A program made the position numbers and the translations under genes. Below are positions 51,185 through 64,000 of a DNA stretch of 64,000 nucleotides, one piece after another. Source of the stretch: Seison nebaliae (Eukaryota); the NCBI GenBank assembly GCA_023231475.1, contig JALJEE010000449.1:1-64000 (forward strand). Direction: 5' to 3'. Under the pieces are notes generated by a model. The model worked only from the letters and a program-made list of their open reading frames with translations. It was not told the origin of the DNA and searched no databases. Numbering within the stretch: position 1 is the stretch's first letter; every line of letters begins with the position of its first letter.

Positions 51185-53695
51185 TCACAAACATTTATAA
51201 ACTTTCCTAATACGGCCACATTTCTCACATTCGTAACGACAACACCAAATAAATCGACAATTACATTCTTCCTCGACATGTTCGTACGAACTGATAATTC
51301 CTCGACCGCAACAAACGTCCTCACAAATCGGAATTTCCACCCGATTACTTTTCGATAACGGAAATTTCTCTCGGTCATTTATCGATTCAATTAATTGTAT
51401 TCGAACGAATTGTCTCGGAATACATCTCAGTGATCTCACCATTGAGGTGGAGGTCAATGTCACTGATGGTTTTCCATCAGTAAAATAAATTTTCATTTCT
51501 TTATCGTCTATTTTACGTTTTGTTCGATGTTTTCGAGTGAGAGTAGTAGAAGAATTTCCTTCTCTCATCGAATGGTTGTGGAAGAGTATTTCTGTCACAT
51601 TTTCAAAAACATGAACTGAATCGATATTCCGTCGTTGTCTCACATGTTGTCGTAATCGATGGAGATTCTGTCGATTTCTGATGACTATTCGACCGAATTT
51701 CTTTTTCTCTTTTCCCTTCCTCGAATTACTTTTGAGATGATTCACATTATTATGACGATATGTTCGTTCATTAATTCGATGATTCCGAACGATAATTTCT
51801 GATGATTCTTTCCTCTTATTTTTCTTCTTGTACATATATCGATGCATATCTAACGAAGGCTTCCCACAACTATGTTCCTTCACGTTCATCGTTTTACTCT
51901 CCTCGAAATAAATAAATTCATCTCGAACGTTATCCAATTCATTTCGTTTGTTTCGTTTCATCGACTCATCTTTCCTCGCCCAATTGAAGCGAATGGCGAA
52001 AATTTGAGCAAATCTCACAAGTTGTCGACGATTTTCCGATCTGGGTCTCCGTAACATTCCTCGTTTCATCATCAATCTTCCTTTCGGTATCACTTTTTGA
52101 CGTAATCTCAATCGATGAGATAATCGAACATGATACGAATTAATCGTTCGTTCCATCAACGAATTCGCTATCAATTCAAACGAGGGAGATTGGAGGAAAC
52201 ATTTCATCTGATCATTCGGACAATCAAATCCTGAATCGTCATACGAAAATGGTTCGATATATTCGTTATATTTCATCAACGTATCATTCGTTTTCATTGT
52301 ATCAAATAATCTCAACGATTGAACACAACTACAATTGACGGTTGTCATCGATAATAATTCCTGATAAAAAAATTAAAAAATAATGAAAAATAATTAATTA
52401 TAAAAATTAAATAAATAATTGAAACTTTATTAGCCAGTTCGATGTTGTGTAAATTCATTTCTGCCTCTTGTATTCTTCGTTCGATATATGTCGTTAATAC
52501 CGATTTGATGTTCACCATTTTCTTGATATTTCCCAGCAGTATGGATGGTGGTGATCGTTTCCGTTTAAATGATTGTTGACGGTTTTTACCGAATGTCGAA
52601 CTATCCGAATATTTCCGATTTCTAATGAAAATTCTTGAATTTTTTTGTCGTTTCACTCGATATGGCATATTCATTTCTTTCCTGCCATTCACTTCGTTTT
52701 TTTTGAAATGACGAGAGAGAAGATGGAGATGTTCCTTCTCCTCCAACTCCTTCGTAATCTCTTTCATATATAAATGATTTTTGTGTTGCTTATAAATTTG
52801 TTTGAACATCGTTTTTTGTTCGGTGTACATGTCTTGGAAGAATGCATGAACAAATCGTTTGATGAATTTCAAATCATCAGAACATGTTATTTCCGGTATC
52901 AATAAACTGTCTTGATATACGTCCTGATATTGTGACGACGTTGTTAAACATGATCCACAAAGATCATTCAATTTCTGCTGTTTACAATACTCCATTAATG
53001 TATGCATAACTGAGGAAGTGAGAATTGAATTGATGAAAACTAATTCTTTCGAATTCCTGTAAAGAATCTCCCCAAATAAATCGGACGAATTGAAAATTTG
53101 ACAATTCCATGTTACACTTTCATCATTTATCGATCGCATCGATCTCATTCGACCAAATTGCTCCCATAATCGTTGACAATGATTGACTGCCCATGCTACC
53201 GAATCCACCAAAAGATTCGCCCAAACATTCTTAGGGGGAAATCGATCGACTGATTTGATCGATCCCAATAGTTTATTCGATTTCTCACATAATAATTCGA
53301 ATTGGAATGGAGATAAGAGGAAATAATTTTCAACAATCATCCGAATTTGAGAGGGCAATATTCGACTGTCCTTTACTAGACTATGAACTTTCGATGATTG
53401 ACGAACATTTCTGACAATGAAACGGTCGTTTAATTTCGAATTTTTGTTACTCAATTGATGATATCGTTTAAGGAACATATCGGTGGGTTGACATATTTGT
53501 TGTTCGAACAAATATGGATTGTGATTAATTGAATTATGATATAATAAGATACTCCTAGAAAATGAATTTGACGGAAAATTAAAAAATCATCAAAAATGAT
53601 ATTAACCACCATGGTTTCGTTTTGCCGATACATGACGTTGTTGAGATGAGAATGTAAAAGAAAACGATTAATTTGAAATTCATTTTTCCACTCAT
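51185..53695 (-). CDS. Highly divergent, enlarged Wnt ligand (~797 aa, 3 exons); subfamily not assignable by eye
   Basis: Exons 53695-53607, 53554-52426, 52360-51185. Signal peptide MNFKLIVFFYILISTTSCIG then PW|WSIL; HCQRLWEQF..WNC..FGEILYRNSKELVFINSILTSSVMHTLMEYCKQQKLNDLCGSC; CSDDLKF; MNLHNIELANK; C-terminus CEDVCCGRGIISSYEHVEEECNCRFIWCCRYECEKC...YKCL is the canonical Wnt index finger. Confidence 0.93.
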
Positions 53696-56600
53696 CACAT
53701 TCTAGAAAGATTGAAAATAATTCTAATTCGAAGAACAATGAAAGAAATTGAATTAATTAATTTTGAAAGAATTTTTAAAATAATTCCGGAAATTTCAATA
53801 TAATGGAATAATATAATTCCATTATTGGAATGAGATAAAGAATGGATGAAATTCTCGAATTATATGAATTTTATTCTTAGAGAGGAAGTTAAGGAAGAAT
53901 GAATGTGATTTGAATGAAACAGTTGATATAGTGGAAGATTTGTTTAATTGTCATTCGACCATCAATTCCACATGAATAAATCCAATCAAATAATTTATGA
54001 TAAACAAAAACGATTAAAAAGTATGCTAATCTATCTTAATCTGAAGAAGTCTCTTGACATTCTCTTTAATCGCAAATGAATTAATTCTTATAACAGTTGA
54101 GCGCGATATTAACGATTCGCAAATTTTGATTCACCAACCGTCTAAAGTGACAGTAGCACCTTCGGAACGTAACACCAACTGAATCCCTTCCACAGTCGAG
54201 ATAGAGTAAACAAGTTGTAAAAGATAAAACATTTCTCCTTTCACATTCCTCGCGTGTAAAGGTGATATTTTGTGAGGGGAAAAATGAAAATAGTTTCATG
54301 ATCAAGAGAATGTGATTATCCGACGAACAATTCGAGAATTGTTGTTACGAAACACAATTGAGTGAATTGAATCAAAAAGTATTCGTTCCATTTCTCTCTT
54401 GTCCTTTCTCTCATGGAATACTTACCGATTGTACGGAGGAATTGAAGATGAGAAATTTATGTAAATATATTCAATTGTTGATATTGATCCATTTTGGTTG
54501 TTGTATGGTGCGGCAACAGGTCAAACTAATAGTTTACATAAATACCACAAGAGAATGCATGGCACTATTAGAAGATTTGATTGAGGTCATTCGATTGGAA
54601 AGAAAGTTTTTCTACGGATTTTCCAAATATCACCTGGTCATTATTTTCGAATAGATCTTCTCGTTTAATTATTTTCGCTCCATAGAAAGTACTTAATGTC
54701 AATACGAAAAGAAGAAACAAGAAAAGTTTTCAGAAAAATTAAATGTTCCCATTGTCTCCAATTCGAACAATAGAAATGGAAGAAGATTCCCTAAACTCAC
54801 TCCACAATGATATTAAGTGGATTGACGATTTATATTCATGTGGATATCGATAATTGATGAAAATACAGTTGCGTGGATGTGCAACATACTCCTCGTAAAT
54901 CAGAGGGACAAACAATGCGGATGTGACGGATGGAAAGGAAATCCTTTCTTCCATTGATGAGATATTAACGAGAATAATTGTTAATCTTCAATATTCTCCG
55001 CCAACATTTTCCTTTATCTCTCCATTCATGGATTGTGTTAACCTGTCCGATTTGAGTAGCAGCGTTGAAAGAAATAAAGAAATTCTTTTGTGAATGATCG
55101 GGAGGATGGGGAAAGCAAAGAATAAAACGAGACTTACTCACCAACTTCCGCCTTAAGTGAAAATATTGACTAATTGAGTTTCGGTTTCTTCCCCCGCGTA
55201 AAAATCTAGATATCTCAAGTAGCAGTAGGTACGTAGTAGTAGTAGTAGTTGTTGTTGTTGTTGTGTGGATCGATAGTGATTAGAAGACGAGACGAGTGGG
55301 AACTGTGGAAAAATTGCTATTTCAATACTTCAAAATGAGATGTTAAAAGTGTTTACTTTGAATATCAAAAGAAATCGGTTAAAATAAATTTATCTAATTT
55401 CCTTCATCTCAATTAGGAAGATATTAATACACCGAACAATTTTAATTTATTCCTAAAAAAAATTCGAGCACTGTGTAAAGGAAAAATGACAAACGAACCG
55501 AATTATTCAGCTCATCCTCTCAGAAATAAAAAGAAGAAAGGAAGAAACGAACATTAAGAAAGAAAGTTCAACAAATTAATTTTCAACTCTAACAAGGTCT
55601 GTCTCATGTGCAAGGAACGATTTATAGGAACGGTATGATGATAATGACGGTGGGAAATGAAAGGATAAAAATTAATTAAACATCTTAACAATTCGAGTGA
55701 GATCGCAAGGTTAATGGTTTTATTCTCATTGTTACATTATTTATGGAATAACTTCGTTCAATTTCCAAAGAAATAACATGTTGTCTTACCATCAGATGGA
55801 AATTTTGGTAAGGAACTTTTCTTTGAACTTTCATTCAGGACAGTTCCACTATCTTTGGGTTTTTCAACTAACACCTCTCACAGCGGACAGACTTACTCCA
55901 ACTTAAACGGACAGATCTACTCCTCCTTTCCAAAATTCAACAATTCCACTTCCTCTTTCTTCTGATTTTCATTCTTCTACTTAAATTCCATTAATACCAC
56001 AACAACAATACACATCTACATCAATTCTTTCAAATATACTTATATATCAAAGGGATATTGAAGTACCAAAAATGATATTTAAAAATAAAAATTATAATTA
56101 TTATTATAAAAAATTTACAATCACAAAAAAAAATTGAGGGGAATAACATTTACTGGAAATTGAAAGAAACGAAAATAGCTTTGACCGGTTTTTTTGAAAG
56201 AATTTGGTAGAATTGTCCGGCATCTTTTTCTTTCGTTTCTTAACAAATCATTTCAACCACAACAATTGCTTGAGACATAATACGAACATTAGAATGAGAA
56301 GAATGATGTGATTGTTTCGAAAAGTAAATAAAAGTTTCATGAAAAAGTTTATCGTAGTGAGGAGGAGAGATTGCTCGAAAAGTATGCTCATTATAATTTT
56401 ATGTTAAATTAGAATGAGTGAATATTTATAGTGATATCATATGATATAAGACATGTGGGCAACCTTCTGCTTCCCATCAACACCAGTTGATCATATCATT
56501 AATAGAAAGTGGTTGTATTCTCGTCTAACTATTTTTGTTTTTTTGGGTTTATTTCGATTTATAATTATTCAACTAATTGCCTTTGATTGAGATATGATAC

Positions 56601-59600
56601 ATGTAACCGATAAAGAAAATGTAAAATTTTTAATTTTATTGATCGGTTGACAATGAACATGTTGTCGATATTACGCAATTACGTTAAGACGAGTTAGAGT
56701 GGATTGAATGAAAATAGTCCGATAATACGAAACGAATGGCGGAAATTTGGAGGAATTTAATTCGTCGCGATTGTTGAACGACGAAAGAATGAAACAAATT
56801 CGAAAGTACTTTTCGCTAATTGTCCTCGAAGTAAATTGTGTTATGAAAAGTTAGAAAGCTTCCGCTATTCTAATGGCTAATCTGTGAAGAAGGATTAGGC
56901 GAATGCGGAAGGTAAACATCGTAATTTAAAACTGAACGAATGACACCATCTTGTGTGGTTGGAAGATCTGCGTTTGAGCTAATCAAGTCATATCTTATTT
57001 CTTTTTGATTTATGATTATCCGAAGAGAAACCTCCGAATAGTTTTAATCATAACCAAACCGGAAGTTACACCTTCCCAAACTGTTTTATGGACAATAACG
57101 TCAATCCATATTCTTTGTTGTTACGTCAATGAACGATTATATTCCAACAACTACCCAATACATTAGCATCGTTTAATTGGAGATAAAAATAACATACTAA
57201 TCATCCGATCTCCTTTTCTGATGGTTTTATGGTGAACTTTTAATGATTTGTGAAAAAAGTAGAAAATTACATAACGATGCAAAATATGAAATAATTAACA
57301 TAAATCATTAATTTCTCGAAATTTATATTTAACTTTTTTCCTTAGATAATAATTTGTTATCTCTCGGAAATTTGACATTGATTAACTTCCATAAAAGTTA
57401 CAGCTACGTACTAGAAGATTTAGAGTTCTAATAACCATTTCATGATATAACCATTTCTATATTTCCTTCACACAATAATCATCTCAGCAGATAATTGTAA
57501 CCTTGTGAAATGGAGAAGTTTATTCCGTTCTTCCTAATTCGGACATTTTTACTTCCATTTTTCTTTTTCTTTTTCGGAAATTTCGAACAATTCTACTTCA
57601 AATTCAATTTTTTTGACATTTATTCCACTTCCTTATCAGAGCCAACATCAGAAACCTGATCATTTAATGGAGAAATTTTCGGACGTTCCAATTTTTCTAT
57701 CATCTCAATTTAAACAGATATTTATATCATTATGATAATCATTTTCATAGAATACGGTGAAGTTAACAGACGTTTAGTTTAGGGGACAAAAAACTCAATC
57801 GTCCGTATTTATTCATTGAGAAAAATGTTTGTTTTGGTGAAGGATTATCTTCTTGCAAGAAAGTAAAACTAACAACATTTTTATTATAACCTAATAAGAA
57901 AGGAGGAATAATGAGAAATAAGATAAATGAGAAGTCTAATATTTGATTTGGAAATTGAGGAGATGTTCCCGAAAATCTATTACCTCATAAACTTTATTCC
58001 TTGGAGTCTTATGCAGATTGATGGGAGTTGATGTGCATCAATACCTTGTAATTGAGAAAAGTTGGAGGAATGAATTGTGTCTAAACAATGCGAGTGACTT
58101 GGAAGCTGATGAAGGAGGAAGTTCATTAGTTTTGGAACCGCCAAGTCTCCGTGAAAGATGGGAAATAATCGGAAATTAAAGTGACAATACCCAAATATTT
58201 TCTTGTCTTCGATCAATGTGCAAATGGTGCACAAGAAAAAATGGTGGAAGAATATGGGGGAAATGAGCATCTTATTCATTTGATAAAGGTAAAGAAGTTG
58301 CTCTTTAGGAAACGATGGAAATATTCATTAAATTTTACAGTATATTACAAGTGTTTCCTTCCTACTGTTTGATATGTTCCGAGTTGCCATTAATGGACGA
58401 GTGTCGAATAAATTGAACAAACTTCACACTAACAAAAATTAGTGGTTTATGCAACATCTGATATTTATCATTAAAGTCCAGGAAAATGGACGATTACGTG
58501 CCGACAGTACAGATGTCATTCTCATTCTAAACAAGAATTGGCTACTGACCATTAAATGGATGATGACTGCTGATGATCATAATAAATTTAAGGGTCTGCT
58601 CTTAATCTCCTACAAAAATATCATAACTAATCCATTTAAATGGTGATATCATCACTCAAATAAACGGTAATTTCCTCACTAAATTCTCGAACATTTCACT
58701 CAACATTTTGGAAAATTTCTTATCGTTTATTATTATATAGAAATTAATAAAACTTAAAAAATAAAATTTCTCATTTTACGTTTCTTATTGTTAAGAAAGT
58801 TTTCTCATTTTAATTTTTTCACTTATCAATAGTGTTCTATGGAGAAACGGTGATGAAATGACAGAGAGAAAAAAAGAGGAGAATGAAGAAATTGCCGATT
58901 TTCAAAATGAAGAAATGTTAATTTTGGAAATGTTTGAACAAGATTTCATAAAGACTAAAATACAGTCAATAAGAGACGAAGAATTGTCAGTTTTTAATGT
59001 AAAACATTTCCCCTTTAAATGATCCGTCTTCACCGAATATAATGGTAAGTTATTCGGTTCGTCATAATAACAGTCATTATTATCGTTATCGTATTAATAA
59101 CAAACTTTATACATAATAGGTGATGAAATATATGGAGAAGATGAATATGATCGTAATAGATTTCAACTTCAAGAGGTTAAAAATCTGATGCACAAAGAAT
59201 GCACACTTCCTATTCAGACAATTATCTTCGCCACATTCACGAATTATTTTCACAGCTAAATTGTCTTAACAAAATTATTTTATCTTCCATTGCTACTTCA
59301 CTTCTAAATAACAAACGAGTTTGAATGATATTGTTCAATTTGGACGGTAAACAAATTCCAGGAAAGAACAGGAAGAATGAACATTTGCGCATGAACGACG
59401 CACTTAAACAGTAGGAAATCCAGTACCTTAGCAAACAGAACGTGCTTTCTTTCCCAAAAAATTTTTCTCCTCCACAATTATTTTCTTCCACCCAAACATT
59501 ATTTTCTTCCAGAAATCATTACATAATTCAAATATCATCTTATATCATAAATTTAGGGAATAAAATTCTCAATACAAATATGTTATTCTCATTATTTATT

Positions 59601-62461
59601 ATTATTATTGTTTCCTTCCTAAAATTAGGAGATAAATTTGAACAATTACAAAAATTAATTGAAAACCATCAATTCCATTATGGTGATGGTGAGTATTGAA
59701 ATTTTATCATTATTCTCTTTGGGCTCTCTTTCATTGAAAGAGAAATACTGGTGAACAATCAAAAAGTTGTTCGACGTTTTCCACCTAAACTCTCTACCGT
59801 AGCCGATCGATTTTCTTAATTGAACAAGAAAGTGAAACAAGTTCGTAGTGCAACGGAAGAACGACTCCAATTTCGACTAATGGGATTTTATTGTCGACAA
59901 ATTATTGACGATAACCTCACAAAAATTGTCGATGACAACATAATGACATTTCTCATTCAACTTTTTAGAGGATTACAAAAAATTTGTGACGGCCGAATTA
60001 TTCTAATAATAGATGTTGAGGAGAATAATTGTTTTATTGAGTCATTCAATCTCATTGCATAATCGATTCTTTCGAATGACAAGAATTATTTCTCTTAATC
60101 CTTCTCTCCGTCTCCCAACGGACTAGTCGGATTTTCATTATAAAAATATTCATATACACATTTGACATGGACATTGGGATGATCGTCGTTGTCGAATAGA
60201 TAAACTGTTACGAAAATTTATTCGCACATTCATTATCTAAATCGAAAGCGATGGGATAAATTAGTAATAATATGGTCGATATATCGAAACTTAATTTTTT
60301 GGAGTGAAAAAAGAAAAGTGTGAGTTGATCGTTGACAAATGGTCGCGAGAAATTTAATTCGCTTTCCTCTCCAAACATGACGTGACGATCGTGTGAAAGT
60401 ATTGACCGAAAAAGACGAATCTTACTTCTCCTCATTAACTACATTTCTAACGATGTCGATCATTTATGAAAATATTACTGGGAGCGCAGAAGGCGTTCTT
60501 GGAATGATTATTTCTTCACCGCTCTCCTTATTTACATTAGAATAATCCTTTCACATTAATCTTTCGTATGTCCATAGAAAAGGTCAGTTGGACTTGCCAA
60601 TTGAACTTCTTCTTCTTCACAACAGACGAATTTGTTCTTTTGTCGTCCGGAACAATTGATTGATATGTTTACGCTTGACGACCTTCTTCTCAATTTCCCC
60701 ATTTACTGTCCGACAAAACAATTCCACATGATGGCAATAAATTCTCTCGACAATATGTTAGCGGCATTTTGAATAAGGAAAGCCTCAGGCCATCGTTGTT
60801 CATTAATGAAAAAGAAAACTTATCGACTGAATATGTCCCAAATTCATTCCATCCGTTTATTTCCTCAAGTCGATACTTCTCATTTCCACCATCAAATTCC
60901 TGGAGATGACGGTAATTAATCCGATGAAAAATATTTGCTTAAACATTTCGGCAGAACATTCTACTCTTCTTTCTCTCCCCAAATAGAATTATGAGAATAA
61001 TTGAATGAGAAAACACATGAATCAGATTAACCGAAATAAACGATCATCACCATCATTCTTCCTTCCATTGGAAGTGAAAGAATGCTGGTAAATCCTGTAA
61101 ATCCGTCAATATCATGGAAATGATGACAATGACGAAGGACAGAAAAAGAAAGAAGAAACGACAGATGGAACGATAACCATGTCAGTTGATGTCATTAATG
61201 ATGACGGTAGTAATAAAATTTCATTGACTTATTAATATTCCATATTGATTTACTTTCTATAATTCCATTAAAATCTTTCATTATTATCACTCTTCGTTTT
61301 CTTTTACTATTAATTTGTTTTCTTTTGCACTTTCAACTCTTCTTCCCTCAAACCATCATCATCATCATCATCATATGAAATTGATGTACATACTTCTTTT
61401 TTTTCTTCTTTTGGATTCTTTCTTCTTTCATACGTGATTAGTGAGTGACGATGTGTTAAGAAAACAATTTTCAGGTTTTATTATAATTCCTGTCATTTTT
61501 CATCGTTCGCTTAATAGTTCTTCTTCGAAAGGTACCATCAACAATAATCGAAACATTTTACGATTAGTATTTAACAACACAAAAATTTGTTGACCGTTGT
61601 CCATTCCAATTTCCGGACGATAACATCATAAGACAAAAGAATCATATTTAAAAATCCATAAATTGACAAAAAAATCATGTTGGAAAAAAACCATCATCTA
61701 ATTAAAAAGATGATATGATGAACGGAGTGAAATGAACAAAAATTTTGTCTGGTGGTCATTCAGTCCAAAATTCTCGTTGAACGATTATCGAATGATATGT
61801 ATTGTTAGGATGATCGAAAAAATGGTAAGAAAGAAACGGAATAAAAATGAATTATTACAAGTGGTCTAAATTTATCTCTCTCTTTCTCTCTCTTTAGTTC
61901 AGTTCATAAATATCGGAATACGATGACTGAAAGGAAGCTGTTTGCTTCCATTGTCGACGTAATATTTAGACTCTCGAATTACCATGATTATTGTGAAAGA
62001 ATTTCCATTAACCACAAGAGAAAAGATTTAGGAAAGGAACAATAAAGTAACGGGTAGATGATCCAACATTCGAACCGATTTTAATTGAATGGGCCCGATG
62101 GCAATATTTCTTTCCAAAATATTTTGCAACGCGACAACGACACACGACGAACAAGCCGATTTAGTTCTCGAAAGGAAATAGGCGTTCAACATAACTTGCC
62201 TCCAAACTAAAAAAACACAATAACTCTTTCCCAAATCTTCGACACCGTTTGACGTGTTGTTAGATAAGAAAGGAAGGGTTGGTCTCCTTTTCAATAATTA
62301 TGAAATCTTGATAAATATGGAAAGAAAGAAAAAGGTCAAAAATTAGCGTTATATCTTTCTCCTCTCTCCTCTTGCGAAAGGAGAAAACATTATTTTTTTA
62401 ATCTGATCTTCACATTCATATTCTTCCTACATTCGCTCGTCGAAGTAACTTATCTCACTTA

Positions 62462-62481
62462 CACTAACTAACTAACTAACT
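62462..62481. repeat. (CTAA)n short microsatellite
   Basis: actaactaactaactaact seen directly; reverse complement of the GTTA repeat at 34464. Confidence 0.75.
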
Positions 62482-63491
62482 GATAGACAATAAATTTAAA
62501 AATAAAAACTTTAAAACTATTTTCCTATAAAGAAAGATGATGGAGAATATTTTGATAGTATTCAAGAATTAGATGAGGAAAAAATGAAGAATTTGCATTA
62601 AATTTGTCCATAAAAAATTTAATTTTCTTTGTAAATTGGAAAAAGAATGAAGATCTGAAGGACGAAAAAATTTATTGAGAAACAATTCAAAAATTAAACT
62701 AATTTACTTGAATAGTAGGAAGAAAATAAGCAAAATGAATTACAAGGACAAATCATGACATGACAATCGAATGGAGAAGTCGCGACTAGTTTGATTTAGT
62801 CGATGAAGAAGTGAAGTTGAATTCTTTGAAGAAAGAAGAAATTTAATTGAAAAGTTTAGTTTGTTTCCTAAAGAAACTGTTAGGAAATCGTAAGATCATC
62901 AGTTCCTGCTTCGATTGTTATTTTGAAATTGGTTCGTCGCTCATGTAATTAGGAGAACAGTTAGGTACGAAAATACTCGGTAGTCTTTCTCGTCGAACAT
63001 TTAGTTTCACGAGTTAAACATTTATCTTTGCGTCAAATTTCTTACCAATTGATCGGACAGCGTAATGATATTTTTATGATTGAGGTCCGTTGTTGGCGGA
63101 AACTATTATTATAAGAAGTATATCTTCAATCGTTTTTTAATACTGACCAACATAAATTCCTATCTCCCAATTATATCTTGATTGGGATAGTGTTGAAGAT
63201 GAAAATTAATTTCCTCCAGCTCAATTGCTCAATTGCTCAATTTCATCGGACAAACAACAAAAAATCAATAAATAGTCAAAAAATATTATGAAAATGTGAA
63301 ATGTTTGTGAAGATAATTGAAAATATTTTGGTTTTCAGAAGATTTTCATGTTTGACCAAATAAACGGACATCGAGGGAAGGAGAAATGGAATAACAATTC
63401 TATTCCATTTCCTTATGTTGATGATAAGTGAAGAACAAATAAGAAATTTGAAATATAAAGAAGAAAAGAAGTTTTGAGATATTTAGGAAAT

Positions 63492-63982
63492 ATGAAACTT
63501 CTATCAAAATTACAAATACTATTTTTCATCATATTCTCTTCGATTGAAGTGAATTGTAAAAACCGTTTGACCAATTCCTCTAAACCTTTTTGTCTGTATC
63601 ACATTCTTTCTATCAGACGATGAATTACATATCGGATCATTCAATATTCAAGTACTCGGTACGAAGAAAATGGCGAATGCAGATGTGGTGGATGTGATTA
63701 TCAAGGTTAGAAAAAGTGAAAATAGAAAATCGTTAAAAAACCGTCGAAAAAGATATTGAGACGATATGATTTGGTTTTGATTCAAGAAATTAGAGATACA
63801 TCTGATACAACTGTCCCGAAATTATTAGAATTACTTAATCGGTTAATAATATCATCTTTATTCTATGAATATGGTTTTCTTTCAGAAATGATGGAATTCG
63901 TAAATATTCCGCAGTCGTTTCTCCCCGATTAGGACGAACAAATAGCAAAGAACAATACGCTTTCATTTTTGATATGAATAAA
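63492..63982 (+). CDS. Deoxyribonuclease I family secreted nuclease, 5' partial (runs off window end)
   Basis: Exons 63492-~63564, 63617-63705, 63753-63841, 63886-63982: signal peptide MKLLSKLQILFFIIFSSIEVNC; LHIGSFNIQVLGTKKMANADVVDVIIK|ILRRYDLVLIQEIRDTSD...LLELLNR|NDGIRKYSAVVSPRLGRTNSKEQYAFIFD match DNase I motifs FNIQ, RYD...QEIRD and LGR..YKEQY. Missed by the ORF track. Confidence 0.93.
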
Positions 63983-64000
63983 GTTATTATATTAGAAAAA

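Noticed and set aside
1..64000. tRNA, rRNA, snRNA, transposase/RT genes
   Set aside because: None recognised by eye; absence not proven without tRNAscan/Infernal/RepeatMasker.

Overview
AT-rich DNA from a compact animal genome (Wnt, peptide-type GPCR and Tiam1/Still-life indicate a metazoan; species not identifiable from this window). The fragmented ORF track is explained by many very short spliceosomal introns (mostly 40-60 nt). Hand-built gene models: intronless LicD/fukutin-related transferase; a 21-exon ~1750-aa secreted protein with a discoidin-like C-terminal region; SH3BGR-family gene; intronless class A GPCR; LRR plus coiled-coil gene; RPL17 (absent from the ORF track) hosting a C/D box snoRNA; Tiam1/SIF-like Rac GEF; intronless RPL34; divergent RasGAP; a ~797-aa Wnt; and the 5' part of a DNase I (absent from the ORF track). 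Most striking signal: more than 50 introns reconstructed by hand almost all start GTT (U at +3, degenerate +4..+6) rather than GT(A/G)AGT, with one clear GTAAG exception, and 3' splice sites are relaxed, suggesting a modified splice-site recognition system. Second: the Wnt is about twice normal size and its lipidation hairpin is disrupted. All gene models are manual inferences without transcript data.
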